Below, one piece after another: positions 1 through 12,490 of a DNA stretch of 64,000 nt. A program made the translations under genes and the position numbers. Source of the stretch: Balamuthia mandrillaris (lineage: Eukaryota); NCBI GenBank assembly GCA_031835245.2, contig JAVKOQ020000065.1:1-64000 (forward strand). The letters are read 5' to 3'. The notes under the pieces were generated by a model. The model made no database searches. It saw nothing but the letters and a program-made list of their open reading frames with translations, and was not told the origin of the DNA. Position 1 is the stretch's first letter. The number at the start of each line of letters is the position of its first letter.

Positions 1-375
1 AAAGCTCTTCTATAACTTCTTAAAAACTTCATCTTTCTTTACTTTGGTACTGTAGGGCATGTTTATGATAAACTGAATTGCTTTTCATTGTAAGCATTAT
101 TAGAGATTAAGAGTATTGACCTTTCAAGTTGCTTCAGTTCCTAACCTGCATCCTTAGCTCAAATCACTCAATGGAGACTACTGATGCCAGTGAGCTCTGC
201 AGTTTCGATAACTCACGCCCACGCCGTGAACAACCTTAATTGCGATTTCCATTGGAGCCAAGCAGTTGGAACTCTGAAGAACTAGTGATTTTCAAACCTG
301 AGGGGTCGATAACTGGCTGCATTGGAGAAAGAAAGAGTAGAAAGAAAGAGTAGAAAGAAAGCGTGAAACCCGGAG

Positions 376-1311
376 ATGACGTTCCTGAACTTTGTGAACT
401 GTGCTTTGCTTACCTTCGCTCCTTCGTTCATCCTTTACAAAGCGACCAACCTGTGCGTATCTTTCCTTGTCGAACACTTTGTCCGCCGCTCTTTGCTGAG
501 ATGTGCGTTTTTTGTTTTTTGTCCTTCGATCACAGGTCTGAGTTTGGGGCTTTGCTTCTCAGCACCTATGCTGGTCTTGCATACATAGCGTCCGAAGCCG
601 CCAAGGCACGTTGTACTACTTTCACTTTGTGCTTTAGCGTTGCTCGCAAGCCTTGACATCCTTTCTACAGCTGATCTTACTTGCCACTTTTCTGCCCACT
701 ACGGAAAGCCTCGAGTTTGATCTCGTTCAAGTAAGTTCTTCTCTGCCTTCTACGCGTGCACTGATTCTCGCTCTTTTGTGCTCTTGCTCACTTATTCACT
801 CGCTGCAGCACCTTTTGCGTGGAGTAGCCGGCGTGGCCGACATTGTTGCCATCTACTTCATCCTCAACTTGAGGGGCATGGGGGGTGGCGACGTACGGAT
901 TCTTGGCGTTGGTTTAGGTCTCTCCCCCTCTCTCACTCTGCGGCTTTCTGCCCACTCACGCTCACAGTGCTCTACTTTCTTAGGATGGGGCACGGCTGAG
1001 TCCTTGGTTACCCGCTTGGCGCCTCTGTGGATTGGTGCACGACAAATGGAGTTCCAGTGGGACTACGTGTTTACTGGCATAAACGCCAATTTCAGCTTGG
1101 TGCGTTCCTCACCTTTCGCTTTGCTTCTCCTCTTCCCTTCTGTTCGTTTCTTTCTTGCTTTCCTCGATGATAAAAACACACAAGCCACGAGAAGATAATT
1201 AGATATATGGCTTCTGACCGTTTTAAAAACTCATGTGGAGTGTGTGTGAGTTGTCCACAATGGGCATACTCACGCACTTATAGGCCGAGTTTGAGAGAAT
1301 CTGCCCCTCCT

Positions 1312-1350
<39 letters not shown>

Positions 1351-1770
1351 GCCCAACAATTGACAATGGGTGATTTACTGCTTGATCTGTTTTCATGTGC
1401 TTGTGACTTTTGCAGCTTCGCAGCGTGGCGTTTGCGGCGTTGGTTTGGCTATGGAGCTGGAATCGACACAAACGGGAGCGCAGAGAGGAAAACGCCTCTT
1501 CCTCCGACTCTCTCGTCACTTTTCTTTTGGGTCTTAGCTTATTTTTTCCGGTTTTAACCAGGTTCCCTCTCTCTCTTTCTCTCTCTCTTGCCCAACAAAT
1601 CTTAACAAAAATAAAACACACACACAAACAGCTACTTGGAACAAGGAATTGGAGTGGAGAAAGGTTACGTGCTGTTGCTTCAAGGGTGCTTCACAGTGGG
1701 ATTGGCTTTCATCGTTAAGTCTCTCTACTTTGCTGCCAAACCTGAACCGGGAACTAAGAAACGGGATTAA
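376..1770 (+). CDS. TMEM147: Transmembrane protein 147 (BOS complex subunit), multi-exon
   Basis: Spliced protein MTFLNFVNCALLTFAPSFILYKATNLSEF...LILLATFLP...RILGVGLGWGTAESLVTRLAPLWIGARQMEFQWDY matches TMEM147 motifs; last exon ...KPEPGTKKRD, TAA 1768-1770. Confidence 0.88.
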
Positions 1771-1816
1771 TAATAGCAATAAAAGAAGTGAAAGGAGAAA
1801 CTTTGGCTTTTCTTTT

Positions 1817-3432
1817 TTAGTTGGGATGAGAAGTGCTTCTTTGCTTTTTGGTTTTGCGTGCTGTTGTTGCGAAGCGAACCACTTTCTTTGGTTTACTTTT
1901 TGTGTCTGCACTACGACGGCGTTTCATTGGTGTCACTTTCTTCTTGCTCTGATACTCTTCGTCTTCCCTCTTTTCCTCCTCTTCATCTTCTTCGTTACCT
2001 TCATCATCTTCTTGCTCTTCTTGCTCTTCCTCCTCTTCTTCTTGTTGTCCTTCGAGTCGTTCTATGTCGCTGTCCTCATAGTCGTACTCTTCAAGAGTGG
2101 CATCGCCCACAAGCTTCCCCTTCTTGCGAAGGTTCTCCTCCTGCTCCTTTCTTCTTTGCTCTTTGAGCAGCGCCTGCTGCCTCTTCTTTTCTTGCAGCTC
2201 CGCTATTTCTTCCTCCGTTTTGTTCACTGCAGAAAAATTTAAATGTTTCCGTAAGTCTGCCAAAACGAAAAATGCAAAACATGATGCTGGACTGGTCCGC
2301 CAACATAAAGAAAAATGATACATACCATATTCATGGAAAACCACTTCACCCTCGCAGAAGCCTTCTTGCACTTTGATCAGATGCAGCTGCAAACGAGGAC
2401 CCAACTCCTGCAGTCGAATGGCACTTCGCTGAGCGCCGCCAGTTGCTGTTGCTGCTCTAGCCGTTTGTTGGGCTCTCTTGCGTTGACGCCAGGAGGAATG
2501 AGAGGATGAAGCAGAGGAGCTGCCTTTGTCGTCCTCATCGATCACCACCTGAGCATCCTCGTCTTCCACATCGCTCTCACTAGCTCTTGCTTCCCTGGTC
2601 ATCATTTTTGTTTTTTGTTTTTTGGTTTTTTCAGAAAAGCAAGAAGAAAGAAACCAAAGAAAAAAAAAGGAAATGGAAGCAAAGGAAAAGGAAACGGAAA
2701 AGAAATAACGTACCGCAAGACATACTCGGAGACATCGCGCAGCTTGCTCAAGTCAGGAATTTGGGTCTGCACTATTCTTTTCACGCTCTTTGACAGACCT
2801 ACTTGCTTGACTGTGATGAGATAGTGCCGAAAAGAAACGGTCTTTGTCTCTGCATCATAGTTGAACAGCGCCACTCGCTTACAGTCCGACAATTTAATCT
2901 GTTATTTTGTTGCGTGTTTGTTTGTGAAGGATTAATAGAGTCAAGCTTTTGATCTATTGATAACTCAGAGAAGCTAAAAAGAAGAACAAAAAAAGCAAGA
3001 AAGGAAAGAAGAAGAAACGACAAGAAAGAACCAGGAGCACATAGAAGGAAGAGGTACCGTTTGGACGTTAATGGGAGGAAACAGTTTCTGGAAAAGGATG
3101 GACATGAGGTGCGTCTCTTTACTCGCTCCTTTGAAGTTAAAGTTGTTAAGTACCACCTGTTTTACTATGTTAACAACCTGCAAAAAAAGAAAAAAAAAGA
3201 AAAAAAGAAAAAAGAAAAAGAAAAACGAAAAAGAAAAGAAGAAAGCAAAACCCAAAAAAAAAACAAACGAAGAAGAGAGAGAGAGAGGAGAGAGGGAGGA
3301 GATTCATTCATACCAAAGGTGGGTGCTTGTACTCCGAACCAGGCGACTTGGGATGAAGTTGCAGCCGCACAATGTCCCTCGAAAGAGTGTAGCTAAGCCA
3401 ACCAACAAAATTATCAGTCATCAAGAGAGAGT

Positions 3433-3480
<48 letters not shown>

Positions 3481-3729
3481 AGAGAGAGAAGAGTAAAAGA
3501 AGGAGAGAAAAACCTGTCGATGCGAAAGGTGAGGGTAGGGCCACGAGGAAGGCGCGCAAGACGGAGATAGGAGGCCGTTTCCGTGGAGGACAAAATCAAA
3601 AAGTTGGTCACTCCCAACGGACCCGCTACATGCAAGAAATCTTTCAACGAATTTGTTTTCTTTTCCTGTTTGTTTTTTTTTTTTTGATGTTTGAAAAAAG
3701 AAAAAAGAGAAGGGCCGAATAGATGAAAG

Positions 3730-3769
<40 letters not shown>

Positions 3770-4067
3770 GGAAGAGAGACAGAGAGAGAGAGAGAGAAGC
3801 GGCTTACTCGCAACTTTGTAGCGGTAAAAGGTTGCATGACGCGACGGAGATCTTCCTCAAGCCATTGCACAGTCTTGCCGACTCTACCTCGCTTCAGCAC
3901 GAAACATTGGTCGGTCAGCTGTGCGGCGGGATCGACCACGTGTGTTCGCTTCTTGCCCTGTTTCAATTTTTTTCCGCACGTTCACGATTGATCAGAACAA
4001 ACAAACGTTCAAGACCCCCTTTGGAGCGGATAAGAACCTTTCTTCCTCCTTTTCTTCGTCTTCCCAT
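1817..4067 (-). CDS. PPAN: Peter pan/SSF1 Brix-domain ribosome biogenesis protein, multi-exon
   Basis: MGRRRK...KKRTH, DLRRVMQPFTATKLR, KDFLHVAGPLGVTNF, RLPRGPTLTFRI, LFPPINVQT, FRHYLI, AIRLQELGPRLQLHLIKVQEGFCEGEVVFH; acidic/basic tail. Confidence 0.92.
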
Positions 4068-4562
4068 GACCACAGCCAGCACTCCAAGCGAGAGAGAATC
4101 AGCGGAGCGGAAGTGGCTTTCTTCTTTCTTTCCTTTTTCTTTCCTTTCTTATTTTGTACCGTGTCGTCACGAAAACAAACTAGGAGGACAATACACCTAT
4201 TATGTCATTTTCGTTCAGATGGGAGAGGAAACCTATTATGTCGACATTAAACCAAGATATTGTCGATTAACTGGAGATTTTTTGAAATATCGCAAGTCTA
4301 TCGAAAAATATCAGGATAATTGTGAACGGTGCGTTTATTATTCTTCGCTACGCGTAAAGGAAGGAAAGCAAAGAGAGCGGCACAAACGAAAGAAGAACAA
4401 GGGCCTTAAAAAAACAAACAAACAAACAAACAAACAAACAAACAAACAAACAAACGTTAGGCTTTACTTTCCCTCACCTCCAGTGCACTTTCCGTTCCTC
4501 CTGGAGACACGCCCTTTTCTGTCTGCTCAACCTTTTAAAAAAAGGAAGTATAAAAGGGAAGA

Positions 4563-6766
4563 ATGGATTTCCTCAACAAGCTGAAGTTGAGCAACGTGAC
4601 CAACCTCTTGCCTCCAGCAGTGGCCCTGCTACGAGGAGGAGGGCAAGAGGAGGAGGAGGAAGACCTGAGCACACCCCTTCCGCCCGAATATACCATCGTA
4701 CCTCTCTCTCTCTCTCTCCTCACTCTTTTTTGTTTTTAAAAAAACAATAATTGATGAAGTCCACACAAAAAAATGGTGCAACAGACAACCACCCCAAAAG
4801 AAGAGCTGCTGCTGAGCTCCCTCGACCCGTGCTTCTACGAGGAGAGCTTTGACCCTATGGACCACCTCTTCAAGAAGACCGTGCCGGAGGACATGGACGA
4901 GGCGTGGCTGCGCAGCGAGATCGAGCGGACCAGGGAGCTGCAAAACGTGGTTGACTCTGCTCTCTCCGCACGCGTGCTCAAGAGTTATGGCGCCTTTGGT
5001 AAGCGGTCTCCTTTTTCTTGTCCTTCTTGCTCATGTTTTTCTTGTTCTTGTCAACACGCATGTACTTCTCGTTCTCTCCCGTTCTCACGTGTCTCCTTTG
5101 TGCTTGTAGTGCAAGGCATGAATCAGATACAGCAGCTAGGGTTGGACCTCCACATGACGGCTTTTCTTTGCAAGAAAGCAAGACAGCAGTTGGCCAGTGC
5201 CAAGGAGGACCTCACCAAAAGCGGTCTCACTCTCCTTGGCTATCAGCGTCGGATACAAGTCATTGAGGTTCGCTCTTTCCCTAGTCTCTATTCCTTGTGG
5301 ATTCCAAGTTAGTGTTAAAAGCTTTGCTGTTGGTTTTCTTTATTCCTTTTGTTTTTCATTCATGAACACTAGACGGTTTTGAATCATCTCATTTCCATAC
5401 GGAGCATCCTTTACATGGAAACGCAGCTGTTGGAAGCCTTAGAGCAAGGAGACTTTCCCGCTGCCATTCAAAAGTGTATGGACGCAAAGAAGCGTGCACA
5501 GGCTCATTCTCAGTTTGCAGCTGTGCATGCCCTCAGTGCACGCCTCCAGGTTCCTTGCTCTCACCCCTTTACTTTCTTTTCTCACTCTCCCTCACTCTCT
5601 TGCCGAACAGGAACATTACATAAACTTGCAGAAAAAGTTGCATCAGTCGCTGTTGGATCAGTGTTCTCAATTTCAAGAAGGAGCTTATGAGCGAGCTCTC
5701 GTGGGGTCCGCTTTATCTTCTCATTCTCTGATGCTCTCTGATCTCTCTTCACCTACTTATCTATTGTTATTGTGGTCAGCTATCGCCTCTTATCTAAGAC
5801 CCATCGCGTCTTAGAGAAACTCCAACGGCATTACCTGGAGACGATCACCATCAAAACTCAAAGCGTTCTTAATGCTCATGTTTTTATGTCGGAAGAGAAC
5901 ACAGCAAACGTCGAAAAGCTTAAACAGTATGTAACTGTTATTCATTCCCATTGTTCGATGAGCTTATTCTGTGATTCACCAAAGGATGAAGTTTCGAGAG
6001 CTGTGCAGGCATTTACGCGAGGATCACTTTATGTCTTGTTTCCTTACTATTTTGGAATGCTTGACCCACATCATGTTCTGCTATCATCTTATGTGCCGTT
6101 ATCACGAAAAGGCAAATGAGTATGTTGCTTCTTCTCTTTCTCTTTCTTCTCTCCTTCGCCCCTTCTCTGTCTTATTAGTCGCTTTTTTTTGTGTTTTGTG
6201 GGATAGTACTGCAGGATCAGGAAGCCCAAGTTTGGGAAGCCAGTTCAAGGACATTTACTTGGGATTGGAAGGCTTTCGAAAGACTATTTGGGCAGAGATG
6301 CAACGCAAGGTATCTGCTCTCATTTCCACGGCCAACTTAGCCAACTTTCAAATTGATGAGTTCTTGCGAGTGCTTGGGGCTATCAAACAGGTTTATCTCT
6401 CTTGTTCTATCCACATTACGTTTTCTTATTTTCTTGCAAATTTATTGTGCATATTTACCTATTGTAAATATATTGTATTTAGTTTATTGAAATAGGAGAC
6501 GAATTTAGCGATAGTAAGTCGCACAGTCTCATTGGATCTATCAAGAAACAGAGCAAAGCGTATTTCATCAAAGAGCACAAATCTCGGTTAGAGGTCAGTT
6601 CTCTCTCTCTCTCTCTCTCTCTCTCCTCTCTCAGTTGTGATGACCATTTCTTTCCATCGCAATAGGATTTACCGACAATTTTAGAAGCTGAAAACTGGGT
6701 ACCAATGCCTGTTCGACCAACTTATAGTCTCCTTGGTAACTCTTTCCTACCTTTTCTACTTTTTAC

Positions 6767-6807
<41 letters not shown>

Positions 6808-9141
6808 ACCAATAATAACCCATGAATAAACTATCAAACACAGATATCAAGGAGTTAAAACGGTTCCTACAAAGAAGAATCAAAGGAGAGATGACGGCTG
6901 GAATAGTCAATCCTTTACCGAACGAGGCCTCAAGCACCAGTCCCTTAGTTTCAAACGCTACGAACAGTCTATCACAAGATTCTGTCTTTGATGGCTTTGT
7001 AAAAGCTGGAAATCCCTTCTCTGCTTTATTATCTGCTTCGAGATCTTCTTACTCGCAATCCAGCAAACGTAATGACATCAACAATGATGACCTTTTAGGA
7101 GAATCACAATCAACAGCAACCATGGTGAGTCCAAACAATATCGTATATAACGTTTTTCTTACTTACTGTCATCGTTCTTTTAATGAGCAGAATGGAGCAA
7201 AAGCTCAAGTGGAAGAAGAGGAGATAAACCCAGCGTTACTCGCCCAATACGTTGACGAAGGAGATGGACAGCAGCATCTAGTATCTTCAACTCAATCATC
7301 GAGTCGCATATCAAAGAGTTCTCTCACTTTCTCTTCTTTGGTAATTGAGTCTAAATATCTTACTAATCTTTTCTTATTATTTACTGCACTATATTTCAAG
7401 TGAAAGAGTCGGCCGAAGCCAGTCCATTACTTGCCTCTACCACTCTACGGTTTTTGCAGTATATAGGAAAGTATTTGCACATGATGGAAGTGCTTCAACC
7501 AATATCGTTCGAAGTCTTTGTTGGAATTACTCAGCTTTTTGAATACTATGTGCGTCCCTCCTCGCTCTTTCCTTCTTTCCCTCTCTCATCCTTCAATTTA
7601 CGCCGTTTGCAGATGCACACAATTCAAGATTTTTTTTCACATGAAGCCAAAACTGATGTTGCGCCAGGTACGCTTTCTCTCTTTCTCATTCTCTCTATCT
7701 TTCTTTGGAGCTGCTCTCTCTCTCTCCCTCCCCGCTCTCTCACCTGTACCCCACACCCATTTTCTCCTTTTTTTTTTCAATAAGCTCCCAGTGCACAATT
7801 ATCCCAAACGTTATCGCGTATTCGGAGTCAGATTATCCATGGCACCGGCACTGGTACCTTTCCCACTCCATTCTCTTTTATATATGTTTGGTTTACCACA
7901 GCTATGATTTTTTGATTATTTGTATCTATGCCTTCTACAGCACCAGAAAAGAGAGGCAAATTTTCCATCCAAAGCGCCAGATTATCGCAGCTGGTGCAAG
8001 CACATCTGACTTCTCCAGGATGTGCCTTTGGCCTCTCGGAGCGAGTGCTTGGAGTAGAGTCTCTTGTATTTATGGCCAACGCAATGAACACTGTCAAAGA
8101 GCGGATACGGGTTAAAAAAAGCCACTCTTTCCCTTTCATCTAATGCTTTGTTATTAACACTTGTTCTTCTCCTCAATTTCTTTCACACAAACAGGGTTTG
8201 GTACCACGAAACAGACATCACTATTTTACGCAATTTTACACGACGAGTGTGGATCTGGTACAAGAACTGCGCCGAAGCGTTTATAATAGCGTAATACCTT
8301 TATTCTTGGATGTACGCTCCTCTCTCCTCTCCCTTTCCATCAGCACCTAACTTTTGAAAACAAAAACTATTCAGCTCGACAATTTTGTTACTCAGATTGC
8401 AGCTATAAAGTGGGACATTAAAGATGTCGGCGTCCAACATAACGCTTACGTCAGTATCCTTTATTTCTTTTGTTTTCTAGTTCATTTGTGTGTCCCCTTC
8501 GGTGTGTTTCCTTTAACTCTTTCATCAAAGACAAAATGGTGGAAAACTTTCAAAAGTTTTCGTCTCAGCTGGAAAGCGTGAGAGCAGGTGGCGTCATCGC
8601 TCTTCCTGACGAGCCATTCACTTTGTTGTGGGAGGCAGCAATCTCTCAGGCCATGGATGCACTTGTTGAAGGCTATTCCCGTGCTAAAAGGGTATTTTAT
8701 TTTTTTTATTGTTTGTTTTTCCTTTCTTCACGTTAACAACAGATAAACACGATTCTAGTGTTCGTTTGAAGGACGCGGTTTGATGAAATTGGACTTTCAA
8801 ACGTTTCAAAATGCGTTGTGCAAGTTGACAACCATTCGTCCTATTCCTAACGCTCACAAGGTGGACATGTTCATAACAGCCTTCTATGAACCAGAAGGTT
8901 CAATGAAGGATTGGGTTAAGGACCATCTCAAGGTCAGCAAATGACTCTGTATCTCCTTTTTGTTACACCATTTAACTTTTTTTCTTCGTTCTTCTCTCTT
9001 GCTTCGTTGTTTCTTTATTTATTGTTGTAGGAGTATCGCAGCAAACAGTTGCTCGGCTTGATTGGAGTCTGTTCAATGAGCCGCAAAACAAGGCAGGATG
9101 TCGTACAATACATCCAAGAACACGCCACCTCTGTAGAATAG
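4563..9141 (+). CDS. VPS50: Syndetin/VPS50 (EARP subunit), many exons
   Basis: VLKSYGAFVQGMNQIQQL, RKTIWAEMQRKV, AENWVPMP, LQYIGKYLHMMEVLQPISFEVFVGITQLFEYY, FGLSERVLGVESL, LVEGYSRAKRCSFEGRGLMKLDFQ; start exon MDFLNKL at 4563, TAG 9139-9141. Confidence 0.9.
8454..8530 (+). other. U12-type (minor spliceosome) GT-AG intron in VPS50
   Basis: Donor GTATCCTTT at 8454, branch-like TTCCTTTAAC 8508-8517, AG 8529-8530; splicing gives in-frame HNAYV-N-KMVENF. Confidence 0.75.
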
Positions 9142-9236
9142 GAAAAAAATGAGAGGAAGAGAAAGCTAATCTCCACACAATCCTAAATATATCAGTTAAA
9201 TGAAGGTTTTCATTCCTTTTTCCTCCTTTGTTTTTT

Positions 9237-11063
9237 TCAAGCTTCTTCTTCTCTTTCATCTTCATCTTCTTGTTGTTTCTCACGGTGCAACGCGACAACG
9301 GCGGAGATGAACTGAGAAAGAACTCTGTCGGACCAATTTCCAATGTTGCCGACAGGAATGACTCCCTCTGGAAAGCCCACGTGTCCTCCTTTCTCGGTTA
9401 GAACAAAGAGCGTGTGGGCGCTTTCGCTGCATTCCTGAAGAGGCAGGGTGCTATGGTCGACGATCGGATCGTCTTTTGCATGGATAACTAACAGAGGTAC
9501 CTTCACAGCTATTTTTGGATTTGTTTGTTTCAGAATCACCCTGGTCAACAATGAAAAAAGAAGGAAGGTTTTACCAGGAATGTAGAAGCGACTGCTTGCA
9601 TCAAAATAATAGTCGTCGACGGTGTCGTAGCCAAATATGATTCGGGTAAGACGATCATCAAACTCTCTCAAACGAACGGACTTTTTTTCCAGTTAAGAAC
9701 AAGCGGACAGTTAGAAAGAAAGAAGCAAGACAGAGGCCGGAAAAAGAGGAAGACTAGGTGGGAAAAGAAATGTGGGCAATAGAGAAAAAGAGCAAAGAGC
9801 AGAGAAAAGGACAAAAGAGCAAAGAAAGAGGTGGTGTACGTTGATAACAGCGTCCACGTCGATCTCAGGAACAGCAGAGTAGATGGCTAATTGACGTTTG
9901 AAAGTCTGAATGCAACCAGCCGTTAGCACTCGGTTGTAGAGAGTTCGCCGCTCCAACACTTTTGCGGCCGACAGAAAGTCGAACGGGTTACTGCAAGATG
10001 CTGCGGCTGTCAACGGTGTCTTTTCTCCCTCTGTTTTTGTTCTGTTAGTAGAGGGAGAGAGAAACAGAGAGAGGGAGACAGAAGGGAAGGAAACCTTCGC
10101 CAAGGTACTTGACCAAGATGTTGGCACCAAGGGAGTAGCCGATGGCGATGAGGGGAGAATCCGGGTGGATGCGCCTCTTCACGTGCAGGATGGCCGCCCT
10201 GGCATCCTCCGTGTACGCTCCGCAGTAGCCTCTGGGCGTCTGTTTCAGTTACGCACGGAAAGTTATTAGCCTTGTTGTTGTTGTGGAAGGGAGGGAGAGA
10301 AGAAAACGTACGGAGATGACGGTGCCGGCAGCACCTCTGTTGTTGGCGACTACGATGCGAACGTTATCCTCTCCCATATCCGCATTCAGCCGTTTGATCA
10401 AATGTCGGATGTACCTGTTTAAAACACACACAAAAGCAAAGCAAGAAAGCAAGAAAAGGAGGAGTGTAAGAAAAAGCAAAACAAAAACGAAAAGCAAAAC
10501 AAAACAAAAACATACGTAGCATCACTCCCGCCGTTAAGCCCATGAAAGATGATGATAGTAGGCTTGGCTCGTTCTCTCTCCCATGCCCAAAAGCAGCCCT
10601 CCTCTTCCTCCTCCTCTCCTCTCGTCTCGCTGTCGCTGCGGTTGAGGGACCAGTCCAGGGTCATATGCCCTCCGTCGGCGGTGAGGAGCACCTCGCGGCG
10701 GAACCGGATGGAGGGCTTGCTGCGGAGAAAAGCGGCGACGAAGGTGGAGAGGTGCGCGTTCGTGCAGAGGAACAGCGGGAAGTATCGCTTGAAGAGAATG
10801 GGACACCGCTCGGCGATTTCCTCGGCGGAGAGCCTTATTCTTTTGGCTTCTTCTTCTTCTTCTTCTTGTCTTTCTTTCGGTTTGGAAGAGGAAGAAGAAG
10901 ATGAAGAAGATGGAGTGCGACGGCGGAAAAACAGTTTCGGCGGTTTGGCGGCGGAGAGGAAGTAATGCAGGGTGTATAGCGAGAACCCGGCGAGAGCTAT
11001 GAGGGAACACGCCTTTTTCATGTCGATGATGGTTGCTCGCGGTGTTGTCGTTGCAGTCAGCAT
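9237..11063 (-). CDS. Alpha/beta hydrolase, ABHD1-3/YheT/EHT1 family, with N-terminal membrane anchor
   Basis: NAHLSTF, REVLLTADGGHMTLDW, IIFHGLNGGS, nucleophile GYSLGAN, REFDDRLT, HAKDDPIV, GGHVGF; start either 11063 or 11021. Confidence 0.88.
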
Positions 11064-11300
11064 GTGGTTGGCTCTCCTCGTCCGCGAAGACCAAAGGGAC
11101 CACTTTCCGTTCATTCTTCTCCCTCTTTTCGTTTCTTTTTCTTTTTCTATTCTTTCATGTTTTCGTGACGACATGATCATTTTGTCGACAAGAAATTTCA
11201 ATGTCGTCACGATGAGATTTTATTTTTGTCGACAATGTTTATTTACAGGTCGTCACGAAGGGTATTTGCAGACGAAAAGAAGAACGAATGAAGAGCTCGG

Positions 11301-12047
11301 TCACTTCCAGCCGGGTTCTCCCACGTAGTGAGCTCCCGTTTTGGTGACATCGGTGAGCCTCTGGATGGCCACGCGCGGTCTGGTGGAGGTGTCCCTGCTC
11401 TTGGGCAGGGTGATGATGAGCACCCCCTCGTTCATCACGGCCGTGATGCTGTTGTTGTCGATGAAGGACGGCAGGGAGAGCTTCCTGTAGAAGCTGCCAA
11501 AGTGCCTCTCGTTCTGCAGGTAGATCCCCCTCTGCTCCGCTCGGCTCTGCGGCTTGAGGCTGGAAATGATGAGCGTGCTCTGGTCGGCCTCCACGTGGAT
11601 GGTGTCCTCGTTGACGCCAGGCAGCTCGCACTCCACCCTCAGCACGTTGCCCAGGTCCAGGATGTCCGTCCTGGGCCTCCAGTAGCCACCAAAGGCCGGC
11701 AGGTTGGTGCCCGGCGTGCCCTGGTTCTTCCAGGTGTTGGTGTCCAGCAGGGGCTCCCGGAGGGGTCCCGTGGCGATGGCGCTGGTGTCCGGGGTGGCGT
11801 AGGGGGCGCGCGGGTGGTAGTAGTCGAAGCCCGGGGGATACTGGTAGGACGGGAGGACGGGAGGGCCGCCGTAGTCAAAGGTCGGGACGTAGGGCGTGTA
11901 GGGCGTGTAGGGCGTGTAGCCTGCCATCCGAGTGGTGTCCATGGCCGCTGCTGCTCCTCCTCCTCCGCCAGGAGGGCCGGTGGGCTGGGTGGTGGTGGTG
12001 GGTTGAGCGATGGGAGTGGTGGGAGGCGTGCTTGCCGTGGTTGCCAT
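11301..12047 (-). CDS. Small heat-shock protein (HSP20/alpha-crystallin domain), intronless
   Basis: WRPRTDI...ECELPGVNEDTIHVE...ERHFGSFYRKLSLP...AVMNEGVLIITLPK, C-terminal V-A-I (IxI-like); Pro/Tyr-rich N-terminus. Confidence 0.92.
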   Translation of the reverse strand: MATTASTPPTTPIAQPTTTTQPTGPPGGGGGAAAAMDTTRMAGYTPYTPYTPYVPTFDYGGPPVLPSYQYPPGFDYYHPRAPYATPDTSAIATGPLREPLLDTNTWKNQGTPGTNLPAFGGYWRPRTDILDLGNVLRVECELPGVNEDTIHVEADQSTLIISSLKPQSRAEQRGIYLQNERHFGSFYRKLSLPSFIDNNSITAVMNEGVLIITLPKSRDTSTRPRVAIQRLTDVTKTGAHYVGEPGWK

Positions 12048-12118
12048 TTTGTTCGTTTTGCCAGATGATGGAAGTTTGAAGAAGAAGGAGAAGGACGAGA
12101 GGATGGGAGGAGGGGGGG

Positions 12119-12158
12119 TTAAATAGCCCGCTTCATGCCTTTTGGTTCTTGAAGATCT
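12119..12158 (-). promoter_or_regulatory. Candidate TATA-like box and heat-shock element upstream of sHSP
   Basis: TATTTAA on minus strand 12119-12125; TTCttGAAgaTCT 12146-12158 (two perfect and one imperfect nGAAn units). Confidence 0.35.
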
Positions 12159-12490
12159 ACAGTTATATTAATCGTTTCACCGCTGTTTCCTCGAGTTTGT
12201 TGTGGAGAGTCTGTCAAAGTTCTGGTTGACTTTCTCTCCAGGGGGTGGTGAAGGCCTTCACGAACGTGCAGTCCGGAGCATGAAGGCAACTGGGACGGGT
12301 TGTAGGAATGGTCCACTGGCTCCTTGGGGCATTGGTTGGCCTGGGGCTTCACCTTCATCATTTGCAAAGCCTCTGCTCTCTCCTGTTCTCTCTCCTGATC
12401 TCTCTCTCTCTCTCTCCAAAGTGCAGGCATGAAACCTATCAACGTTTATTGCTGTTAGGATGGCATAGTGGAAAGGCGCTCCCTTCTTTT

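Noticed and set aside
1..205. CpG-free stretch at the window start as a possible transposon end
   Set aside because: No TIR or ORF visible; AT-rich and too short to judge
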